Shown one piece after another: positions 10,635 through 24,010 of a DNA stretch of 64,000 bases. Made by a program: the position numbers and the translations under genes. The notes below the pieces were generated by a model, which saw nothing but the letters and a program-made list of their open reading frames with translations, was not told where the DNA came from and did no database searches. The stretch's first letter is position 1, and every line of letters starts with the position of its first letter. The DNA is from Setoptus koraiensis (Eukaryota; Animalia; Arthropoda): the NCBI GenBank assembly GCA_048013815.1, contig CM106585.1:21576001-21640000 (forward strand), read 5' to 3'.

Positions 10635-11538
10635 CTTGGATATCCACCCTGATTACCTTCCTGAGTACTTGGCCGTCCAGACCGTTCGAAGCTTTGCACT
10701 CATACCAACCAGAATGGTGGATGGCGGTTATCGGTATGTTTAAATGATCGCCGTTTGTTGTTAAAGGAATATATTTATCAATTGTCTCATTGTAATTATT
10801 GGACTGACCACCGCTTACTTTAGACCAAGTTATAGTTGGCTTGGGTTGGCCACGAGCCGAACATCCAATGGACAACTTGTGACCTACAGATAATTTTACG
10901 TCTGTTGGCTCGGAAATCCAACTGAGCTCAACTAGATAGTTTGATTGTAAAATTGTTGTTGATTAGGGATCCGATAAGTGTAAATGATAGAAAGTGACAA
11001 AAGATTAAGATAGTCTTACCAGACACAACCACCTTGGCTGAGGTACTGTCAGTTCCGAATGGATTCTCTACCATACAAGTGTAACTTCCTGCATCCTTTT
11101 CTTTTAATTTTGTCAATCTCAAGATTGACTGACGCTGATCTACAGTCTCTGTTCTAATATTACTATTTTCGTCATACTTCAATAGATCATCTAGCCTGAC
11201 ACCATCCTTTGTCCAAGAAAAACTTGCATCATCAATTTTGTGAGCGACAATACAATACAAATCGAGATCCGTTCCCTCGGCATAGCTTTCCAACAGACTT
11301 ATAGGCAGTAACTTGGGTTTTCCGGCTGACATTTATAGTACATGCGATACAAGGATTAAAACAAGGGATAATATGTCAAGATGATTGCCTTATTACACGG
11401 ACTGACAAATATAAAGTTGTTAACTTGATGAACTTGTTTCATACCTGATTTTTGTTTCGCATCAATCTCTAATCCACACAAGGTCACTGTTAGTATCAGC
11501 AACGATACAACAATTGTTCGTATCTGCTTTCGCTTCAT
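10635..11538 (-). CDS. Ig cassette A: signal-peptide exon plus two I-set Ig exons, Dscam Ig7/Ig8-like (sDscam-beta-type cassette or secreted 2-Ig protein)
   Basis: Leader exon 11538-11445 MKRKQIRTIVVSLLILTVTLCGLEIDAKQKS. Ig exon 11325-11020 (GKPKLLPISLLESYAEGTDLDLYC...WTKDG...DAGSYTCMVEN). Ig exon 10931-10635 (VELSWISEPTDV...CSARGQPKPTITW...SGWYECKASN...LRKVIRVDIQ). All introns are GT-AG and phase 1. Confidence 0.82.
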
Positions 11539-12921
11539 CCTGGTTCGAATTAATAACTTGATTGTACAATGTGAATATTTTTGTTTTTTTACGAATTTAT
11601 ATCTAGGTCACAAACAGTGAATGTGACTGATGTTTTTTATTTTTTTACTGTCAGCTGACTGGCCAGAGACATTGGGCCCCATGTCAATGTGTCGCGCGCC
11701 GTACGTCATTAGTAGTAACTCAAATATCTATGCTGAATGCTGTTAAAATGTTTGTCAGTGTGATGACAAACCCCCATTAATATTCATGTCTTGACAACTG
11801 ATGCGGGTATAAAAACGAGATAAATCTAATCTAGTAATAATAATCATTTCTCTCCTCCGACCAACCAATCATTGAGCGCTTGTTTGGGCGATTGCTGGCA
11901 TTTAATTGAGCCAATAACCAACCCAAAATAGCATATTAAGCGAATCTAAATAGCAGTGTGTTGCTATTTCGACAATTTGTTAATCAATAGGTGGCGTAAA
12001 AACAGAGCAACTCGCTAAAAGAGAAGAAAAAAAAGCTATCAAAATCATTTTTTAATAGTTGGAAAAACACGAAGAAAAAAGTAGACTTGTTGAGAGAAAT
12101 ATTTATCCTCCTTGATTAGATCCTCATACAAGGCTGCTGGTGTTGTTGCCGTTGAAAATCGTTTGCTCATGTGTCATTCCTCTATCCCATACACACACAA
12201 TTTACATGTGTAGCCTGTTTACATCACAAATTGGATACAAAAATAAAAATAACGTTGTGACCTTCATTCGAAGACTAAGGGAGATTAATGAGATATTTTT
12301 GTATATTTGTTTCTTAGTACTCAGAGAGAGAGAGGGAGGGAGAGAGAGAGAGCTAAGTAGACACATCGGGGAGAGAGCGACGAGTTTGCATTGAGAGCAA
12401 GACGGATTTACATCAATTGGACAAGGATGACTAATTTAGATTAGATTGCTTTTGTTATTTGTCTACACCAATCAACATTGTTTGTTTGTATGCTTTCATG
12501 GTCAGTTTGTTGGAGAGAATAAGAATAATAAATATAATCATAATAATAATCACAATAAAGACAGCTAGACAGACAGGCAGACGGACGGCAACTTTCACTA
12601 TGATATCAACTTGTACTGTCTATGTTTGAAACTAACTGGCCCAATCACCACTACAACCACTACCACCAACAACCTGTTGTTTTGCCAGCATCACTAGTAC
12701 TGTATTCTATACAAATTTGTTGGTCTCACCCAGTTTATTGGCTGGCCATTTGAATACTCTATGAGTGGAGTTAGTCGATTAGCTAGACTCATCAGCATCA
12801 TAAATGTTAGGCATGCAATTAAAAGATTACATAGATTGAATGAGTGACTGGCCAGAGAGATTGAGATTTTAATTGAGATCAAAAGAGCGAGTTGCGTAAA
12901 TTGTTGTTGTTTCCCGCGAGT

Positions 12922-12957
<36 letters not shown>

Positions 12958-13092
12958 CTTTTATTGTTGCTCGGTGCTATGATTAAGGATTATAATCATA
13001 ATTATTATTATTACTATTATTATTGGTGATTCTGTCAGCTGCTTTGGCAACGGTACTGGCGTTTAGTTGTTCGGTGCTGTAGTATTCGAGGG

Positions 13093-13128
<36 letters not shown>

Positions 13129-16100
13129 CAAAAAATGAAAATTAAATTGTTACGGTTCAGGATATCGCTAATTGCAATAGATTTAGAATCAGAGACAAAA
13201 CCGTTTCTAAATCAGTAAGGCAATTGGATCGATCAGTGGTGAGCGCCAAAAGGAATGCGAAGGGCGAACAAAATGCGTGCCCGCTAGAGAGAAAGTTGTC
13301 ACTGCCAATCAGAAAATCACAATTAGAGAGAATTACAATTATATGGTCGCAAAATTGTGATTGTATTAGCTATTGGTAGTCGGTGGTCGAGACACACAGC
13401 GCGAAATGGAGAATTGGCTATAAATTATAAATTAATCAGAATGAGAAAAGAATTGATTGGAGATGAGAAAGAGATGACTAGCCGCTGGCTAGTCGGACAC
13501 GGGCCACAAATGAAGGTTGGTCTGTCTTCATCTGGCAAGACGCGCTTCACTTGAGCGTTTTGCCTGGAACATCTGTCAATGTTGGCCACAAATTCCAGAC
13601 GAATCATCATCGTTGCAAGGTGAAAAAATGTTGCCCAACATTTCAATTTATCTTCTCTAATCAATAATGAGCCCGCTTGTTTCTTTTAAATCTCTGCCGC
13701 GATCAACAAGATGATCAGCAGGCTGAAACAAGTGATACAAACAAAAACCCATGAACAACAACAACAATAGACAGCGCGAGATTGCTTTCGAGAGATGATG
13801 TCCGCGATCAGCGGTCAATGGTCATGGTCTTCAGGTTGATTGCATTGGACAATTTTACTTATTAGCCTGTAGCATGGTCAAGGGGGGACAAACAGACGAC
13901 AGTGTGCTGGTAATCAATCAAAAGTGCCTTTAAATCAACCAATAAACTGAATTTTACCAACGCCAATTAATCGTTTATAGTCTGTAAAATGTTGTGTCGA
14001 TGTTTTTGTGAAATGATTTTTTGTTGTATGTGCCCTGTAATTTGCTGGCTTCTTTGTTTGTTGGGTGCTGGCCAGAGCAATGAACGAGTCTGTTGGCAAC
14101 CAATGGACAACCAATAGACAACCGATAGACAATGAGCAAGCAGCAAGGTGATAAAGAGATCATCTCGTCCACTACAATGGCCACCTCATAAGTTGCGAGT
14201 CACAGCAGATCAAACACTGCAGACATGATGATCGTGTAAAAATGAGGGCTATATATATGTATCAGTTGACATGAGACTATGTAAGCTCGGCTAAATAAGA
14301 GTGAGATTAAGTTATATAAGATTGTGTGTGTGTAATGAATTAAAAAATAAGGAAAGTAAGCAAGTCGTGATTGTTGATTGCTTGTTTACTTTCTGTCTGC
14401 AAACTGTAGTTGTGCCCAGTGGGCCAAAATGTGTATTGTTCACTATCACGATGACAACGACAGAGCGAAAGAGCGAAAAATAAAAACTAAACTAAAATAA
14501 ATTGAAACGAAATGAAATGAAATTCAAATAGGTGGCGGTCGTGAAAATCATCAAGTTCAATTCATCTTATCTGTGTGGCCGGCCGTCGTTCATTGATTCT
14601 TTGTCGGCCGGATAAGCCAGAGGAAGCCGGCCGACTCGATTGTTGATTCAATTGTTTTTCTTGTCTTGTTTACAAGCCTGATCACTCGAATGACCGCTGT
14701 ACAAGTTGTCATGTTGTTGTTGTTGTTGTTGCTGCTGTTGCTGTTGCCGTTGTCGGTGTTGTTGTTGTTGCGGTGGTGGTGCTGTTGTCAGATTTAGACA
14801 ACTAGTTAGCCGGTCGAGACAAGTGGTCAGACGGGAAAGCCGACGACTAATGACACTCACATGAGCGAACTTGGCCTCTCTTCGTCGGTGTCGTTGGCGT
14901 CGTTGGCGTCGTTGGCGTCGTCGTTGTCGACAAAACCGACACAGTTGACAGTTAAACAGAGTCGAGCCAGATAGCGTAGAGAAATAATAGAGATATAAAG
15001 AATCCCGATAAAGCAGCCAAACACACACAACAGGTGAAGTGATTTCGGCAAAGTCGAGAGGATTTTTTTGTTTATCCTCCGTCGACGTGCGTTCGGCGTC
15101 GTCTATTGTTTGATGATCTTGTCGTCATCGTTTGCTGTCGCTGTTGCTGTTAATGTCAGCGTCTTCTCTGTGTGTCGCTGTCTTATTGCTCTTGTTGTTA
15201 TTTAGTGCGAGATTAAACTTAATGAGATTTCGCCTCTGTGTTGCTGTTGTTGTTGCCGTGATTTTGCCAGACACACAGGTGAGCAACAAACAACAAAGAG
15301 ACGATTGAATCATTCAGTGAAAACCAACACTGAACAGCGACGGTAGTGGATATATTTATATTTGTTTTGTCTAGTAGCTTGTGTCCAGTTCGGTTTTGGG
15401 TCTGGCTCTGGTGGCCCGATGTCAGTCGCCTGATATTAGTCGCCTATCCTGTTCTTGTCCTGTCCAGTCCACGCTAATAATATGTAGTTCATGTTATTTT
15501 TTCCTTCTCTCTCTCTCTCTCTCTCAGTGTCCCTTGTTTGTGTTGTTAACTAGACACAATTTCAATTTCGTTTTCTATTACACTCTTCCAACAAACTAAT
15601 ACACACTTCTATAATGACTTTCCACTATTGATTTAGCTGACTTTTGATTCCAATTTAACCCTCTCTCTCTATCTGTGTGTGCCAATAAGCAAAAAAGAGA
15701 CACAGATCTGCGAAAGATTTAACCTTGATCTATATAAACACACAACAATTGATATACATGTTTTATTGTGGCTTGTCTTTGCTCTCCATTACTCTATTGC
15801 TCTATTACTCTAATACGCTCACTCATCGACGACTCTCGGACCCATTCTCTTTTTATACCATTAATAGACTAGTGCAAGTTGCAATTGTTGTTGCTGGCGA
15901 GTTCAAATGCAAAGATAGCCCCAAGTGTGCAAGAAAGTGATTGCAATTTTGATCCAAATAGGCCCACTATAACTGACTACAGCCAACACAGCTGACCATT
16001 CACCTGAGTATAAACACAAACAAATCAACAGCAACACTTGTAACAATCAATAACACCAAACACAACACAAACAGCTAATTATTCTCTTCGGCCTCCTAGA

Positions 16101-19100
16101 GCTTGCCAATGTTGGCTAACTTGAAGCTCAAGTTAGCCAAGATCGTGATGCTGCCCATTGCAATGCCGATGATACCCAATTAAAGCTCTTTGGGCAGTGT
16201 CCATGCCGCTGGCTAGCGACCATTGACTTTGTTTATTATTGTGCATTTGTGTTGTTGATTAATGGTTGCTAATTTGTGCCTCAATTAGTGTCTCAACAGC
16301 CGTGATAAAACAGCAACACCATGGCTGGCTGGCTGGCTGGCTGTTGCTGGATTGGGATTGGGATTGATTCTAAACAAGCAACCAGAGCAACATTGGTTAT
16401 TTTCATCAACTCACTAACGGTGGTCGTGAAAGGAAAACAGCAGAAAAACAAAACAAATTAGAGCGTCACTCAGTTTGGTATTACATTATTTATATTTATT
16501 TTTGTGCAACCACTATACTTAACGTTTGCTAAGTATATTGCGTATATATATATGTAAAAACTTGGATATATATATTGCGGCTACAAACAAATAAACATAT
16601 TTTACCAGCAACAGGTGAGGCCGTCGTTTATAAACCTTGACAACAACAAACAAACTGACCAGCGAGCGAGGGATCGACATGCTAATAGAATAGTATAATG
16701 AGCCAGTTAGTGAGAAGAATTTATATATAATTCTGGATATAATGCAGCTTTATCTCCCAGGCAGAACAATATAAAACTGTTGCGGTAATAAACATATCAA
16801 AATAGTAATAATAATAATGCTCAGTTATACTTCATGCTGGCTGCTGCTCATACTGTTAGTGTATTCTCGATGTAATTGAGACTATTCTCGATTGAGATTA
16901 TTTCTGGCTGCAATTCTCAATACGAGCGGTTTCAATATAACAAATTCACATGAATTCAAGGTTGCAATTGGTAGGGCTTTGGCTTGACAAAATTGCAGCG
17001 TTCAACATCCATTAACACATCACCGCTACGGCCAGTTTGGCCAGTCCACAGTTTGGCTTGTCATGACAAAGGCAACAATCTTATGTAACCGCAACACCGT
17101 CAACAGACACTTGTTGTCGCTTGTTTGTTGTTGTTGTTGGTGTTGTCGTCGTTTGTCGGATAACATAATAATTGTCAGATAACAAGCTAGAAACATTGCC
17201 ATCTATCAGCTACTGTACACGTTATGTGACATGACATAACGTGTGATTATGTTGAACTGGTTGCAGCAAATGATGATAGTATCAAGGGCAATAAATCGCT
17301 TGCCATTTCGCTGGCACAACTCGCACCACAGATTCGTACTCAAGGGTCTGGACAGATTATCAACAATAAACAGTCTATCTATATCTGGCAACACTGTTAC
17401 AACACCGACACACCGACGTTGTGAGATAACTAAAACGAGGAAACTCGTCATGTGATGCCAATTATCTGTTTGTGGTTCCTTTGGCTGCTTCGCTTGTCAC
17501 CACGGCGTTGTTTTCATTGGTTTTTTCTCGCTGCACCAAACAACAAATACATTATAACGGCACCAGAAATGCAGCTTTTATCGGCACAATGACAATAACA
17601 ATAACGACACAAACAAGCAATAACAATTTGTCACACCAATATCTAAATTAAATTAGATAAGGTCGACAATATCTGTATATAAAATTGTTATATATATACA
17701 TGTACAGATATACAGATGTGTGTCGTGGCGCAAAGATAATAAAGCAGATCAGCCAGATATTTGACGGTCAGCGCAAGCTGTTTGTTCATGGTCATTATGG
17801 CCATAATGACAACGAATACACAAATGATATATCATGATTTACATCTGACTTATCATGTGTGACGCAATGGTGGATAAATTGTAATTCGTTCGTTTATATT
17901 CATTTGCATATATGCGCTCACAATCGCTTGCAATCATTGAACTGGCATGTCCAGTATTATGTGAATTGCGATACCAGCCGAGAAAGCAGTCGATATAATA
18001 TATAATTGTGATCTTGATAACTCTCTTGATAATATAATAATTATAATAATCTGATTAGCTCTTTGATAGCACATCATCGATTATTGGATTCCATTTGACT
18101 GGGTCATTGGACTCTCTTCACTCACAAACAATTTCATCGTATTTAGCAAGCATTCAATACACACTGCTTATACCGACACGATCAAATAAACAAACTTACT
18201 TCTTTTTGGCCAGCTCTCTCTCTCTCTCTATCGCAGTGGAGCTATCAGTTGATATTTAATTTGTTTCATTACCGCCACTGACAGTAGTCACCGGTCGGTA
18301 GTGGCCACCACAGTTAGGCAACTCACTGACTTAATGACTAACTTATCAAGTCAGTGAGCTAATAATGACCGCTTACTCAACCGACACACACACATTGTCC
18401 AAAAACTAATAGATGACCATTGGTCAATCTATTAGTTGTTGGTTCATTCAGCGTGCACAGCAATAAACAAATAAGTGGCCTGACAAACCAATACACACTA
18501 TTGATTGCTATTTGTAAGCCAATATTGTTTTTATATTATATCAATTGTGCACATAGTTGCAACAGACACTCTATTATATATTATGTTTTATGTAAGAGGC
18601 TTACGCAACAGCTCGCTACAATTAATCCAATCAATTATTTGATATATCTGTGTGGCTCATCTCGATCTTTTATTTAGCAAATTATTTTGCAAAAGCAATG
18701 GTAGGATCCTCAACTAATCTAATGGATCTTTGCATCTTATCAATTCATATCAATCACTGTCCACGTCGGAAAGCTCTCCCTGGCTGAATCACTTATGGCC
18801 ATGGGTCGATATCGAAACGATTATTACCACTTATCAGCGTAGTGATGCAAAAAGTGCTATCCTCTATCTACTGATATCGGTTTATAATATATCGACTTGC
18901 CCTCGAGATACAAACTGCCCACCAAACTGGCCAACAGCGAGGCCATACTGCGACTGAGCGCCTTATATTGTGAAAACAGCCTCTGGTCTTAGTGTGTTAT
19001 TGTTGATACGCGAGCGAATCGTTCAAATCAAGCAACACAGCACAGGCTAAAAATCTACAAATTTATCCGCTCATTATTGTTTCGTTTGTATTATCATTAG

Positions 19101-19696
19101 CATGATGTAACATGCGGGCAAATATTGAAAGTTTCAGCTGGTGTCAATTATAAGCGACAGCGAGTGAGAGCAAAATCTCACACATTATTGAGTGTCATTC
19201 AGCACTGACAATTGATCAATTGTCAATTGTTGTGCGAGTTGTGGTGCGATGTGTCATGGCATCTCATGAGTAATTTCATTTGTTTTACCCGACTGCAACT
19301 AACTGTATGAATGGTCGCCAGTTGCAATAATTGCGATGGCTGCAACAGGTGATTCGATTGGCTGTGTCATACTGTACGATTCATACTGCATGATACAACA
19401 GGTACAAACAACAACAACGACAACAACAGTCGGTGTTGCTGACGCCGAGATTCGCTTCGACGTTTGCGTCCAATGGACAGGTGATACTTTTTGAGCAACT
19501 GGCGATTGTGTGACAATTATCGTTCAAGTGCGCTCGACGCCTTTCATCACCTTTGAACTTTGCACAAATTTGCAAACAAAGCAGCGTCCGTCTATTAATT
19601 TCCAATATCTCACCCTGTGTCTCTGTGATTCTATCCAGAGAGAGCCACTACACAGATTACAGAGTCCGTCCGCTTGCATGTCACACAGCAAGACGT

Positions 19697-19796
19697 TACG
19701 TCACTCCACTCCACGCCACTTTACTCCACGTCACTTTACTCCACGTCACGTCATGTCACGTTGCGTTGCGTTGCGTCACGTCACAGTGTGTCACGA
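19697..19796. repeat. Degenerate tandem repeat rich in CACGTCA / CACTTTACTCCACGT
   Basis: A 15-bp unit CACTTTACTCCACGT/C occurs twice, followed by short CACGT/GCGTT iterations. Confidence 0.75.
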
Positions 19797-20048
19797 CATG
19801 CGCACAAGTTTTTCCTTTAACTTATACACTTGCACAACTTTGCCGAAGCCGAGCCTTGCCCACAAACAGTGAGTGTGAGTCGATCAAGGTGAGATAGTTG
19901 TGAGATAAGTTGCGGCCAATTGTTCACACACTTCAAATGATGATGTCAATTATCTCATGTGTCAAATTAATTGCTGCTGGCCGCCATGATGCCCGGCGCG
20001 ATTGTTGCAGCAGTTTCTAATGGTCGATGGTTGGGTATTATGACACAC

Positions 20049-20102
20049 GGCATTCGTATTGGCATTCACATAGGCATTCGCATAGGCATTCATTTGGCAT
20101 TC
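20049..20102. repeat. Five GGCATTC cores at about 12-bp period
   Basis: GGCATTC starts at 20049, 20061, 20073, 20085 and 20096. Confidence 0.8.
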
Positions 20103-20911
20103 AATCAACATTGGCGTTATTATCGCGAATGAAATAAACAAATTTGTCCACTCGTTCGCCCATCAAATCAGCTCACCTTTGGCTGCATGGTCAGTGGCTT
20201 GTTGCGTCATGGACATCGAGCACCGAACCATTGAGTTGGCCCGTGCGATTGTTGCAGCAGTTAGTTAGATGTGTGCATGGGCAATTTTGCAAACTTTTTC
20301 GCCAGTCATTGGCTCATCATTGATCAATAACAAACCGTTATTTGCCCGTCAAACAAACAGCTGACCTGTTGCTTGCCGAATTGGAATCAAATTTCAGCCG
20401 ATTCATTTCATGTGATCGTGTGTTGTTCAGCCAACTAACTAGCATATCAACACCTTTCGAAATTCGAATTGATTGGTGGTCACTTTAGCCGCTCTCTGGG
20501 CTCGCTTCTCGGGCCATCGCCATCTCTCTGTCGGCCAGGTATATGCATAGTTGGCCGGCTATCACTTTCGCTTCTTTTTCACGCTTTCACGCTTTTGCTG
20601 CTCTCTTCCTCCCATTATAATCATTAAGCTATTATCCCATTCATTGTGCCATTCATCTTCTTCGCCGATTCGATAATCATTCGCCCCCACTCGGCACACA
20701 CACACTGTACGAACACACACACACAATGGCGATATAATTCAAAAATTCAGAAACGAAATAAAGATGATCGTATCATATAATCGTGATCAAACACTTGACA
20801 ACAACAACAATCACGCCGGGCGCATATAACATCGTCGGTTGTTGTCGTCGGTGGTTGGCGCGCCAACAACCAATTACAACAAGTGCACACAACAAACTGC
20901 GCGAGTTGCAG

Positions 20912-20946
<35 letters not shown>

Positions 20947-22563
20947 GCCGTTGTTGTTGCCGCTGTCGCTGTGTTGGAGAGGCGATAATAATGGCAAACA
21001 ATGAATGATGGTGGCGCGACATTGCGAGAGGTCAGCAGCCAACTGACCATGAGTTAAGTGGGAGGCTGCGACAAGAGGCGTCGGGCGCACAAGCGTCGAC
21101 AACTTGTTGATTGTTATCTCTCGCTCGCTTTTATCTATCATATCATCTCATTTAATTTTAAGCCCTCGCGCTGCGCAACGACCACTCACTTACAGCCTCC
21201 AAGTTACAGGTTGCTGCCACCAGCAACAGCAGCAACAACATCAACAGCAACAACAGCAACACCAGCAACAACGGCAACAACAACACCAGCAACAACAGCA
21301 GTAACAACAGCAACAACGGCAACAACCACGACAACAAATCAATCCGATCGAACCGAATCGATGCGATAGTTGGGCCGGACGAGAGTTCATTACCGTGTCG
21401 GCCATTGATAGGCATTGAGAGTTCATTAACTTTGTGTGTGCGGTCCGATCACCTGTGATCTGTTATCAAATCACAGCCAAACAAATACAATTTGTATGCT
21501 GCTCATTGAACACTCACCGATTTAGTCGATCAATTTACAATTTCGATCCACTTTGCCCCCTGCGCGTAACAACATTAATAGACGGCCGTTAATAGATGGC
21601 TGTTAATAGATGGGGCCGGCCGGCAATGTGTCTCGTGCGTGCCAATTCCATAAATAATGCCAATATTCAAATTGGTTGCATCACATGGTCGGTTAATTAA
21701 TCAATGATCGCTGTTGGATTGTATGCTGTCTCGATGGTGTCGTGATCATTTAAAATAGAGACACTTTATAGTGCATTGTTGCAACAATAGGTGGCCAGAG
21801 TGGTCAGCTATTCAGCTGTCAGTGTGGCAAAGGCACTTGTCCAGTTATGGACATATATGGTCGCACGCAGTCGCGTATTGACATGTCGCAACGGCAACAA
21901 CTAGTTTACACTATTCATCTAACAGGTTGTTGTTGTCGTTGTTGTTGTTGGTGCTGTTGCTGTTGTGTGCACAAATATTATAATGTGAATTGGGAATTAC
22001 AGCCATTGCTTACAAGTGATGCATTACATAATACGCGTTATACAGGGTATGTAAATCATGATTTGCTTTATTAACAATGTTTGTGCACTCGCTAAATGAC
22101 AGCATCCATTAAATGCGCGCATAACTAACTATAAGTACAAAGTGGCCCAGTTAATCAACAGAAATCACCGCTCATTTTAATGGCGAACGAGCTGCTTCTG
22201 TGCATTGAAAGTTGCCAATGAAAGTTGCCAATGAAAGTTGCAGTTTGATAATAAATCATTGATTAGTTAATTGAGTGTTTGTGCCTTTAGTCAACTGGCC
22301 GCGTATGTTGTTGCTGATTACTAAATACTGTCATTAAATGCGATAAATTTGTGCGCTGCCGCGCAACTCGCAAAGTGTCCAATGGCCATCAATGGCTGAC
22401 CACTTTACCAGCTGACACAGCATTACGCAACCGGCGTAATAGTTTGGCCAAGCGAAAAGAATTATCCGATTCGCATCACCCAATTGTCTGTTTACTCACA
22501 ATGCTCGCACAAGCACACACCAACGCACGCACTGACACAAAATTGTCAGTAGTTGCACACAAC

Positions 22564-22641
22564 AATATTTCGAATATTTCAAATATTTGAATATTTCAAA
22601 TATTTCAAATATTTCAAATATTTCAAATATTTGAATATTTG
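22564..22641. repeat. 8-9-bp AT-rich minisatellite (AATATTTCA / AATATTTG), 9 units
   Basis: Nine consecutive AATATTT cores; includes the 14-bp palindrome TTCAAATATTTGAA twice. Confidence 0.9.
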
Positions 22642-23907
22642 GCAAGCCAATTACTGTTGACAATAGGCGAGCGATGGTCGCATAATGATCGCGCATTTTC
22701 TCATAGTTTCCGCGATAGTTTTTCCGCAATGGTCTAGCTGTTTTGCCCTCCAATGACAAGATGCAAAACAAGATAGCGCACGGTATAGATATTAAATAGT
22801 GTTCACTCGGACTTGCGTTTGCCCATCCAACCAACAATCCAATTCACTCCAATTGTCGCAGCGAAGTGCGCCCATGCTCCGGTAGGTGGCCTTATAAGTG
22901 TTACCTGTACTAAGTATGATGCAAGGCACGCTGATAATGATGGTCAGCCTGCACAAGCGCAGTTGTGAATAGATTGAATAGATGTCGCTCGCTTTGTTTG
23001 AGCAACAACAAACTTTGGTTTGTGAAATCGGGGCAAAAGTTGAGTTGCCCTGATTCGCATGCTGTTGTCAGATATTGAAATTTTTTGATATTCAAATATT
23101 ATGCAATCACTGTTTCACTGCATTGTCCGGCACAAATAAATCAGATCCGGCCACCGCCGAGCCGGACTTTGCACGTTCTGGCCAATTCTGTTCCAGATGC
23201 AGTACGCACACGCACAGCGAGCCGCCCACTTTGATGAAAAGTTGGATCGCGCGCAATGGATGCAAGTTTTCGAGTTAGAGCAGCAGCCCGTTTTAATCAA
23301 TATAGCCGTCGTTTGTTAATTGTTGCCACTTGAGCCATTTGGGTTTGTTGTGTCGGTCAGTTAGTTTGACTGACAATTGAGTTAGTTTGCACTTGAGCCG
23401 GCGCTCACTGGACTTAATTGTCTTAATTGTGCGCGCGCACAGTGATTGAGACAGTTGTGAGTGATGGCGAGCGAGAGTGATAGTGATTTAAGTCGCTTGT
23501 GTCGCGCCTGTGCGCATTAGAGCGCGCACAGGCTCGCCAACTGTGTTGCCAACAACAACAACAACTCTAGCGGACAGGTGACGCAACACATAACAAGTTT
23601 TGAGCGTATAGGGGCAAGCGTATTGGAGCATGAGAGCAGTTGAGTTGCAGCGAGCGAGCCAAGATTTCTCTTTCTCTCTGGCTTGATTAGTGTCGGTGGG
23701 ACCATTGAGTGAGTCAATTTGACTGGCCAGTGCACTGACTGGCAATGTTGGCCGTACGCACTCGATGGGCTTGACACATCAACTAATGCCAGCGCTGGAC
23801 TATGTGACTTTAGGCGATGGGCGACAAACGGCGGGGCGGCACCGCCTTCGGTGTCTTTTCAGAAAAGAAAAACACCCTGAAAGCGGCCGATTTTTCCCCG
23901 TTTTGCC

Positions 23908-24010
23908 GGGCTGCTCGGCGGGCTGTTCGGCGAGCTATTTGGCAAGCTATTCGGCGAGACGGGGCAAGCTTTTGGCAAGACAGGGCAAGACGAGGCAAGA
24001 CAGGGCAAGC
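23908..24010. repeat. GC-rich degenerate 10-12-bp tandem array upstream of the chitin-binding gene
   Basis: Units GGGCTGCTCGGC, GGGCTGTTCGGC, GAGCTATTTGGC, AAGCTATTCGGC, GAGACGGGGC, AAGCTTTTGGC, AAGACAGGGC, AAGACGAGGC, AAGACAGGGC. Confidence 0.75.
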
